From Candidatus Helarchaeota archaeon (GTDB taxonomy: Archaea > Asgardarchaeota > Lokiarchaeia > Helarchaeales > RDOG01): a DNA stretch of 13,434 nt. The notes under the pieces are model-generated. The model searched no databases and was not told the DNA's origin. It worked only from the letters and a program-made list of their open reading frames with translations. Below, one piece after another: positions 1-6,958 of this stretch. The stretch lies in assembly GCA_029838215.1 (NCBI GenBank), contig JALGVI010000076.1, forward strand, positions 1 to 13,434, in the 5' to 3' direction. The first letter of the stretch is position 1, and every line of letters begins with the position of its first letter. The position numbers and the translations under genes are program-made.

Positions 1-1067
1 ATTTTTATTTTATAACCGTCATCAGACGTTATTCTGTCCTTATATGACGATAAAAAATGTTCGGGAAAGAAGACACGGCAACAAATATCTGTCTTCAAGA
101 GAATCATGTTTGGGAACTCTTCGTACAACGAAATTATGTCTAAAAGCTTCAATTTCTTAAGGCGATCTGCAAGATTGGAAATCGTGGCTCGATGATGAGG
201 CGTGACCGTGACCAAATCATCAATTGAAATGGGTTTTGTCCTTAGTGCTTCGATGAGACAATAATAATCAAAATCCGTAAATATGCTGATAATTTGCAAT
301 TCGTCTTCATTACTTATGATGTAACTTTCAAAAAAATCCCGAACCTCTGCAAGATAAGTGCTCGCTCCGGGAAATTCCTTTCTTCTTGCAAACTTGATGG
401 TCTGCGTTGGAGGAACACGATTCAAAAAATAGTCCCGTATCAAGAAGACCAATTCGTCGTTGTCATTCTTTGGGTCAGGAAGAACCTTGAGTAACCCAAT
501 TTTTTGAAGGGGACTCAGGAAATGATCAACGTTTATGATGGATTGAAATTGGTCGCGCAATTTCGTGCTTAATTCATACTTTGAAATAAATCCTCTCTCT
601 TTCAGTGTTTTGAAAATGAACGAATTCTGTGGCTCAAGACACATCTTACAAACTTGCTGCTCATATGTCAATTGAGGGAAGTCAATGATTAATTGCAGTA
701 AATATCCAAAGTGTTTCTGATATGAATCTAAATACCTGATGATGTAATTCATGCAAATCTCAAGGATGATTTCATAGCATGCGGGGTCTTCTAAAGGAGA
801 AAGAATGACGGACAAATAAAGGTCATTTTCTGACCCCGAATAATACGTGGCAATATTGAACCCCTTATCAACCAATGAAATCAAAAATTCCACATCTGAG
901 GACTTCGGAGTGGACCCTAAAAGAGCTGTTTGAATGTCAGCAGTTATCTCAAGGGCATCAGGAACTTGATTTAAAACCCTTATCTCACCCTCTACTATCT
1001 GGTATAGAATTATACCCCGAATTTGAGTCCCAGAAGCACCTGAAGCAACCACCAAATCCACGATCAT
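1..1067 (-). CDS. Conserved Asgard-type protein, 3'-truncated at the window edge; putative N-terminal longin/uDENN-like domain plus two winged-helix-like regions
   Basis: Translated by hand: ATG at 1067-1065 (in-frame TAA at 1079-1077 upstream, GAGG just before the ATG) and 355 stop-free codons to the edge: MIVDLVVASGASGTQIRGIILYQIVEGEIRVLNQVP...FNIATYYSGSENDLYLSVILSPLEDPACYE...FPQLTYEQQ...FISKYELSTKLRDQF...LVFLIRDYFLNRVPP...YLAEVRDFFESY...RVFFPEHFL...GYKIK. Absent from the track because it has no stop in the window. The ORF is well supported; the domain call is inference. Confidence 0.85.
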   Translation of the reverse strand, partial: MIVDLVVASGASGTQIRGIILYQIVEGEIRVLNQVPDALEITADIQTALLGSTPKSSDVEFLISLVDKGFNIATYYSGSENDLYLSVILSPLEDPACYEIILEICMNYIIRYLDSYQKHFGYLLQLIIDFPQLTYEQQVCKMCLEPQNSFIFKTLKERGFISKYELSTKLRDQFQSIINVDHFLSPLQKIGLLKVLPDPKNDNDELVFLIRDYFLNRVPPTQTIKFARRKEFPGASTYLAEVRDFFESYIISNEDELQIISIFTDFDYYCLIEALRTKPISIDDLVTVTPHHRATISNLADRLKKLKLLDIISLYEEFPNMILLKTDICCRVFFPEHFLSSYKDRITSDDGYKIK

Positions 1068-1156
1068 CCTCAGACTTTAATTCTTCATATATTTGGCAAT
1101 CGTTCTAATCAATAATTATTCTTTCGGTCAGGTTGATTTTGATCCATCAGGTAAAC

Positions 1157-1176
1157 AAAAAAAAAGGAGTAAAAAA
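1157..1176 (-). terminator. Candidate archaeal oligo-T terminator after the 7TM gene
   Basis: T6 and T9 tracts on the minus strand 9-28 nt downstream of the stop at 1185. Confidence 0.4.
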
Positions 1177-1184
1177 GAAGCTGG

Positions 1185-1940
1185 TTATTCCCAACGGGTT
1201 CGAAGCCAATTTGGCAAAATAAAACCCAAATATACGAAGATCGCACTTACAATGACAAAAAACCAGCCTAAATAATAAAAAATCGAAAACGCACCACCAA
1301 AACCCGGCACTATGAACTCATCAATCACGAACATTATGTTAATGAAGACCATCAAAATTCCTGAAAGACCAATCAATTGAGAGCCGTGCTTGAAAATCCT
1401 ATTCGATGTTTTGGATGCATTTTTAAACGCGCTCACGGACAGGTAAAGACTCACGAATAAAGTCAAAATCGCCTGATACGACCAAAGCAATGTAAATACC
1501 AACTCTGCCGATGTGCCTAAAAATGGAAAAATCGCGGCTAAAATTAGAAATCCGATAATTCCAATGGAATCAAATATTATGTAGACGATGAGAATTGTCT
1601 TGCTTTTTTCAAAAAAATCCTGAATGAAGACCATGTAAAAGGCGTTTGCCAATGCAAAGCAAGCCAACGTCAAGATTAAAAACGAATCAGGTATGTATGC
1701 CGTGACGTTATACGTGAAAAGCTGATTTGTCAAGAACAGCTGAATTAGGAAATGAGCTCTTCCAATAGCAGTAAAAAATCCGCTAATCGTCCAAGCTAAC
1801 ATCGTATATACCATGTAAAGGCGAGGTCGACTCTTATTCTTTAAATACTTGTTGAGAAATAATAGGAATATCATCAACATGATTCCCGTTATCGCAAATT
1901 CTATGATCATTGCAAGAAAAATATTCCAGCTTGTTACCAT
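1185..1940 (-). CDS. Stand-alone 7TM membrane protein (HisKA_7TM-like sensor type; paralog of 11679..12476)
   Basis: Seven hydrophobic segments, KYLKNK..RLY after TM1, C-terminal YLGFILPNWL. ATG at 1940 is preceded by an AGGTGG SD-like sequence, so it is preferred over the track's GTG at 1949. 251 aa. Confidence 0.8.
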   Translation of the reverse strand: MVTSWNIFLAMIIEFAITGIMLMIFLLFLNKYLKNKSRPRLYMVYTMLAWTISGFFTAIGRAHFLIQLFLTNQLFTYNVTAYIPDSFLILTLACFALANAFYMVFIQDFFEKSKTILIVYIIFDSIGIIGFLILAAIFPFLGTSAELVFTLLWSYQAILTLFVSLYLSVSAFKNASKTSNRIFKHGSQLIGLSGILMVFINIMFVIDEFIVPGFGGAFSIFYYLGWFFVIVSAIFVYLGFILPNWLRTRWE

Positions 1941-2076
1941 TTTAACCACCTTGAATCATACCATAATAATTCCGTCAAAAAACCCGATCTATTGCCGTAC
2001 GGCAACGAGATCTTCCATCTCCTTGATTCATTGATGTCAAGCGACATTCATGTATAGTATATATCACGAGATCAAC

Positions 2077-2084
2077 TATATAAA
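2077..2084. promoter_or_regulatory. Candidate TATA box in the divergent intergenic region
   Basis: TATATAAA on plus reads TTTATATA on minus, matching the archaeal TTTAWATA consensus. It lies between the divergent genes at 1940 and 2338. Confidence 0.4.
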
Positions 2085-2337
2085 CTTGATTTCTTCTGAA
2101 AAATCCACGTCTTCGGTGAACGGAACACCGATTGTATTTGGCAGAAGAAGAATCGCAATTATCGGGATGACATCGATGAAGCCCAATTGTCAAAAATGAC
2201 GTAAAAATCGTGTTGTCAGGAATCCGTGGATTTTGAACCTAATTTTCTTCGGTATTAATTAATATAGCATTGTCGTTCTATTTTTTTTGTGATTCTCTTT
2301 TAACCAAAACTCGTAATCAAAGGGGCAGGAAGCAAAA

Positions 2338-2595
2338 ATGGACGAAAAAGAGCGCGAAAAGCTCTATAAAAAAATCAAAAAATTAATGGAGAAAGGGCTT
2401 AGGCTCATTAACGATGAAAGATGGAATAAAGCTCTCGATATTCTAGAAGAAGCCGGAAATATGGCAGTCAATATCGGCGATAAAGAGCTCGAACTAAAAA
2501 TCTCGCGACAAATGGAAAAATGCATGCTACAACTACAAGATATAATGGAAGAAGAAGAAAAAAAAATCGAAGACAAATTCTCTGAGCTATATTGA
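2338..2595 (+). CDS. Small charged all-helical protein (TPR-like or MIT-like helical bundle)
   Basis: 85 aa, ATG start. The pattern KLMEKGLRLINDERWNKALDILEEAGNMA resembles a TPR/MIT helix pair, and the tail is acidic and coiled-coil-like. The antisense ORF 2364..2576 is its shadow. Confidence 0.7.
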   Translation: MDEKEREKLYKKIKKLMEKGLRLINDERWNKALDILEEAGNMAVNIGDKELELKISRQMEKCMLQLQDIMEEEEKKIEDKFSELY

Positions 2596-2774
2596 AGCCG
2601 TAATTTTTATACAACTTAATTTCTGAGATAATCGAAAAAAAATCAATTCACGAACGGTCATTCTTTTTAATCCACGCAATGAACTCGTGAAATAGATTTT
2701 TTTCTTGAACTCATGAAAATTTGATTGCCTTCTTCTTCAAAATCATTAAAAGTCAAATCTTCCATGGATCATTA

Positions 2775-3377
2775 ATGGTATTTTCATATAATGACTTCAT
2801 GTTGTTTTTCTTCACGTTCGCGCTAATTCTACTTGCAGAATTGGCTGATAAAAGTCAGTTGGTCATTTTAACAATAGTAATGCAAAAAGGACATGCTTTA
2901 AAAGTTGCCATCGGGGCGAGTCTTGGCCTAATAACGATGACAATAATTGGAATTTTGCTAGGAGCCATCATTTCTATTTTCATTCCCATATTTTTCATTC
3001 AAATCGTCGGCGGAATCGTTTTTATCGCTTTAGGTTGCTATGGGCTCCTGAAAAAACAGCAAGAGGAAGAAATCGAGCTTGAAACCAACAAGATTGAGAA
3101 ATACGGAATTTTATTTTTCAGTTTCGTTTCTCTTTTTTTCATGGAATTGGGAGACAAGACACAGGTTTTAGCAATTTCCCTTGTTGCGATGTTCTATGCT
3201 CCGATTCCCGTTCTACTTGGAACGATCACGGCATTAACTTTACTGACGTTCTTGGCGGCATTTGCAGGTTTGATCATTGCCAAAAAAATCCCTAAAAAAA
3301 CCCTTAATTTGGTTTCCTCTGTTCTCTTCGTGCTAATTGGTATCATTATCATCTTTCTGGTATTCATTCCGTCGTGA
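2775..3377 (+). CDS. GDT1/TMEM165 (UPF0016) family Ca2+/Mn2+ transporter
   Basis: Two repeats of the family motif ExGD(K/R)(S/T)Q: ELADKSQ and ELGDKTQ, about 6 TM segments and an acidic central loop (QQEEEIELE). Start is likely ATG 2775 or 2799 rather than TTG 2721. Confidence 0.92.
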   Translation: MVFSYNDFMLFFFTFALILLAELADKSQLVILTIVMQKGHALKVAIGASLGLITMTIIGILLGAIISIFIPIFFIQIVGGIVFIALGCYGLLKKQQEEEIELETNKIEKYGILFFSFVSLFFMELGDKTQVLAISLVAMFYAPIPVLLGTITALTLLTFLAAFAGLIIAKKIPKKTLNLVSSVLFVLIGIIIIFLVFIPS

Positions 3378-3448
3378 TTAAGATAAAAATAAATAGGATC
3401 CAAGCTTAACTCAACATATTAATCCACACAAAGATCGTGTCGTTTTAG

Positions 3449-4096
3449 ATGGAAGCTTTTAGAAAGTTAAAATATTACATTAAGATTTCGGAAACTGGAC
3501 CATTATTGAGACGTTTTTTCGTGATGAATGCATTTGATGGTTCGCTCACGACTCTCGGCATTTTAATTGGTGCTTGGACGGCGAATGGTGGTTTTTTCGG
3601 AATTCTTCGGTATCCTTCTAGTTTCTTTTTTGACATGCTTACAATTCAATTTATCGTTTCAGTAGGACTGGCAACGGCTTTTTCAATGGGTGTTTCAGGA
3701 ATCTGGGGAAGTTACATGGCAAGTGAAGCCGAACGGATGGTGGAAAAAGATCACATTGAACGAGCAATGATATTAAGAAAAGGAGAATTTGACCATTCTG
3801 TCATGGACCGGGCACAAAAAGTGGGGAGCATGATGTGTGCTCTCGTGGACGGTGGCTCACCTGCTTTAGCAGCCATTCTTTGCCTCATTCCGTTTTTCTT
3901 GGCACTCGTTTTTCCCCTCAATAACGTTGCTTTTATCCTCTCTATATGCGTCACGTTTGTCCTGCTAATCATCCTCGGTGCATTCTTGGGAAAAATTTCT
4001 CAAAAAAGATTGATCATTTCCGCCATTAAAATGGTCATCGCAGGTCTTGTCATAACCGCAATCTTTGTCGTTCTAAATATCTTCTTTCCGTCTTGA
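3449..4096 (+). CDS. VIT1/CCC1 family Fe2+/Mn2+ transporter (archaeal TIGR00267-like)
   Basis: RRFFVMNAFDGSLTTLG, GLATAFSMGVSGIWGSYMASEAE and LVDGGSP motifs; about 5 TM segments; the TM metal ligands Asp (FDG) and Met (SMG) are present. Confidence 0.88.
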   Translation: MEAFRKLKYYIKISETGPLLRRFFVMNAFDGSLTTLGILIGAWTANGGFFGILRYPSSFFFDMLTIQFIVSVGLATAFSMGVSGIWGSYMASEAERMVEKDHIERAMILRKGEFDHSVMDRAQKVGSMMCALVDGGSPALAAILCLIPFFLALVFPLNNVAFILSICVTFVLLIILGAFLGKISQKRLIISAIKMVIAGLVITAIFVVLNIFFPS

Positions 4097-4353
4097 AATG
4101 GTGATCGTTAACATCTAATTATTGAAGGATTGAAAACGTGGCAAATCCAAAACCCAATGATTCATCGAGCTCTATTTCGCGGGAAAAAGGCTTGTGGTTT
4201 TTCATCATTCATGAGATCGTAAAAGACATACCATTGCTGGCAATGGAACACATGCAAGTCATGAAAGCGGGACCAAAATGCGGTTTATACCTAAGTGACA
4301 CCTTTTCTTTTGACCCAACTGACAAAAATGAAAAAAAAGAATGATTTAATGCT

Positions 4354-6084
4354 TTATTTTCTTCCCAATTTCTTAAGTTCTTTTTCGAGTAATTGACGTC
4401 GTAAAACCTTGCCAACAGGTGTTTTGGGAATCGTTGGTACGAACTCGATCTGTCGTGGCCACTTGTATCCTGCCATGTATTCCTTCGCCCAGTCAATGAT
4501 CTCCTGCTCGGTGATTTTTCCCTTGTATTCCGGCTTTAACTTGATAAATGCTTTGATGGTTTCGCCGACTGCTTCGTCTGGAATTCCAATCACGCCACAT
4601 TCAAGCACTGCTGGATGATCGTAGAGTGCCGATTCGACTTCTGCCGGGAGGATCCTGTACCCTTTATATTTAATCTGCTCTTTCGACCGACCTACGATGA
4701 AGAAATTACCCTGTTCGTCCATCTTTGCAATGTCACCCGTGCGAAGCCAGATTCGCCCTTCTTTATCCTTGACAAGCGTGTTGTTCGTGGCTTCTTCGTT
4801 CCGCCAATAACCCTTCATGATTTGAGGTCCCCGCACCAATAATTCGCCGGGTGTTCCCGGAGGCAACTCATCATCATAATTCGGTGGGTCCACGACTTTC
4901 GCATCCGTGTCGATCATCGGAAAACTAATGCTTTCAGGATTGATTTCCCGCCACAGTCCGGGAAGCGTGACCGTGCACGTGGCTTCCGTGCAACCGTATG
5001 CGTTGCTGACTTTAAGCCCTGTCTTTTCCTCCCAGCGCTGCGCAAGTCGTGGCGCTAATGGTGAAGCCCCTGAAGCGGAAAATTGAAGCGATGATAAGTC
5101 CGCTTTTTCGAAATACGGATGATTGATGATGAAGTTATACATTGCAGGAATGCCTGCCCAACTCATGAGCTTGTATTTCTCAATTAATCGACAGACGCGC
5201 TCGGGATCAAACTGATCTATGATGAGCATGATGGCACCCGTGATGCAACTGTTTAAAATGAAGAATCCCATGCCGTGGCAAAGGGGGTTTGTCGTGATGG
5301 TTGCATATTTCCCAAACTGTTTAAAAAGGTCGTGATATTCATCAGAACCCGCATTTCCCGTATATAGAAATTGCAGGGAATTCGAAATTATGTTAGAATG
5401 AGTCAACATGACTCCTTTTGGTAATCCCGTCGTTCCCCCTGTATAAAGAAGTGCTGCAAGATCTTCCTTGATATCCAATGAAACATTTGGCTGCTTGGGT
5501 TCATGCTCTTCAAGCAACTCTTTAAAAGTTTTCTCCTTGGCATCGGGTCGATCCGTGATTAGTATGATGTTCTCAATTCCAAGATCCTTTATGCTTCGCT
5601 TCACGATTCCATACTGCTGGTCCCCCACGATGAAAACCTTGATATTTTGAGCGTTGGTGGCAATGTGCCGAACCTCCTTTTTCTTCAGGAGGGGATTGAC
5701 GGGGATCAGGATGCCGCCGCTTTCTAAAATGCCGTAGACGCTGAATACGAATTCCGAACAATTGGGAACCATGCAGGCGATTCCGTCACCCTTCTTGATT
5801 CCATATTCCGTTACAAGTGCATTTGCTATGATATCTGCATTATATGATACTTCATGATAGGTGAATTTCTCTTCTTTTGGTTTGAAATAGATTGCCACGT
5901 TATTTGGAAACTCGCTTGCCGTATTCTTCAACAGACAATGAGCTCCTTCCAAATCCGGATAATTCAAAGTTTTGGGAAGATCAAGTTTTTCTTTCCCTAC
6001 CAACCACGGTCTGTTTGGACGGACCCAGGGACTCTCATCATCAAAATTTCCTATGTCCCTGTCGTAAATACAAACTTTCGTCAA
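4354..6084 (-). CDS. Long-chain fatty-acid--CoA ligase-like AMP-binding enzyme (FadD-like; substrate not determined)
   Basis: 576 aa. Adenylation motifs YTGGTTGLPKG, AYGCTEA, RTGDIAKMDEQGNFFIVGRSKEQIKYKG and PKTPVGKVLRR. TTG start with an AGGAGA SD-like sequence upstream. Confidence 0.93.
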   Translation of the reverse strand: MTKVCIYDRDIGNFDDESPWVRPNRPWLVGKEKLDLPKTLNYPDLEGAHCLLKNTASEFPNNVAIYFKPKEEKFTYHEVSYNADIIANALVTEYGIKKGDGIACMVPNCSEFVFSVYGILESGGILIPVNPLLKKKEVRHIATNAQNIKVFIVGDQQYGIVKRSIKDLGIENIILITDRPDAKEKTFKELLEEHEPKQPNVSLDIKEDLAALLYTGGTTGLPKGVMLTHSNIISNSLQFLYTGNAGSDEYHDLFKQFGKYATITTNPLCHGMGFFILNSCITGAIMLIIDQFDPERVCRLIEKYKLMSWAGIPAMYNFIINHPYFEKADLSSLQFSASGASPLAPRLAQRWEEKTGLKVSNAYGCTEATCTVTLPGLWREINPESISFPMIDTDAKVVDPPNYDDELPPGTPGELLVRGPQIMKGYWRNEEATNNTLVKDKEGRIWLRTGDIAKMDEQGNFFIVGRSKEQIKYKGYRILPAEVESALYDHPAVLECGVIGIPDEAVGETIKAFIKLKPEYKGKITEQEIIDWAKEYMAGYKWPRQIEFVPTIPKTPVGKVLRRQLLEKELKKLGRK

Positions 6085-6194
6085 AATTTTTCTCTCCTTT
6101 TACAGTCAAATTCAAGATTTTTCATTGATTTGAAATTCTGAATTTTCACTTTTTCGATCATTCTAGAACCCTCATTTGAATCTCTCAGCACGTT

Positions 6195-6239
6195 TAATTA
6201 AGTCCATGATTAATGACTTAATTAGTAATGACTCATTAA
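6195..6239. promoter_or_regulatory. Operator-like repeat array between the divergent acyl-CoA ligase and PIG-L genes
   Basis: Perfect 10-bp inverted repeat TAATTAAGTC (6195-6204) / GACTTAATTA (6215-6224) with a 10-nt spacer; direct repeat TAATGACT at 6211 and 6226; palindrome TAATGA-C-TCATTA at 6226-6238. Confidence 0.55.
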
Positions 6240-6286
6240 TTTAAGTTTTAATTTCCAATTTATTTTATCAACCAAGGTGTTTTTAT

Positions 6287-6958
6287 ATGAAGGTCCTCTT
6301 TTTTGCAGCCCATCCTGATGATTTGGATGTTTTTTGTCAAGGAACTATTTGGGGACTGCTTGCTCGAGGGCACGAAATTTTTCAAATATATGCAACTAAA
6401 GGCGAAATCGGCACGCCATTTGCGGATTTTCGAGGCGAACGACTGGGACGGATACGCGAACGTGAAGCACGAGAAGCGGCACGAGTCTTCGGCATTGATC
6501 AACAAAACGTGATATTCCTTGGTTTCCATGATGGGAGCGTGAAGGAGAAATACACTCTTGATTCCATTAATATCTTCAAGCATTGGATCGAAATGATAAA
6601 TCCTCGAGTAATATTTGCTCCTGAAGCCGATGAAGCCTCGAGCTATTATCGGCATCCTGACCATCAGCACGTTGGAAAAATGGTCCGAGAAGTATGTCAA
6701 CTTCTATCTTGGAAGCAACCGCTCTTATTTTATCACTCAATGAAAAGCAATTTTTACGTGCGCGTCAAGAGGAAAAAAACCAAGGATACGAGAGAAGTGC
6801 ATTTAAGCCAATGGTATCTAATTCCATTTGATTTCGCAAGAAAAATTCCCGTTCCGATTTTTCGCTTGAGTCAGAACCTAGTTGACGGCATTTATGCCAT
6901 TTATGCTTTTAGAAAAGGTTTTAAATGGGTTGAACCATATCGAAAAATCGATTTTTAA
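6287..6958 (+). CDS. PIG-L/LmbE family Zn-dependent N-acetyl deacetylase
   Basis: FAAHPDD, TKGEIG, IREREAREAARVFG and HPDH motifs; 223 aa. Confidence 0.92.
   Translation: MKVLFFAAHPDDLDVFCQGTIWGLLARGHEIFQIYATKGEIGTPFADFRGERLGRIREREAREAARVFGIDQQNVIFLGFHDGSVKEKYTLDSINIFKHWIEMINPRVIFAPEADEASSYYRHPDHQHVGKMVREVCQLLSWKQPLLFYHSMKSNFYVRVKRKKTKDTREVHLSQWYLIPFDFARKIPVPIFRLSQNLVDGIYAIYAFRKGFKWVEPYRKIDF

Noticed and set aside
294-1275. Plus-strand ORFs 294..494, 875..1108 and 1093..1275
   Set aside because: They are antisense shadows of the long minus-strand genes and show no recognisable motifs.
2300-2775. yybP-ykoY Mn riboswitch upstream of the GDT1-family gene (AAAGGGG at about 2319)
   Set aside because: The GGGGAGUAGC and GAGACC elements are missing, and the G-run is simply the ribosome-binding region of the 85-aa gene.
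4354-6084. Locally higher GC in the ligase gene (sampled lines above 50% against about 32% in the regulator) as a sign of horizontal transfer
   Set aside because: Only a few 60-nt lines were sampled, amino-acid composition could explain much of it, and there are no mobility signatures. It needs codon-usage and phylogenetic tests.
6228-6236. ATGACTCAT equals the eukaryotic AP-1/GCN4 site
   Set aside because: No bZIP factor is in the window, and a 9-bp match is weak evidence. It is treated only as part of a generic operator array.
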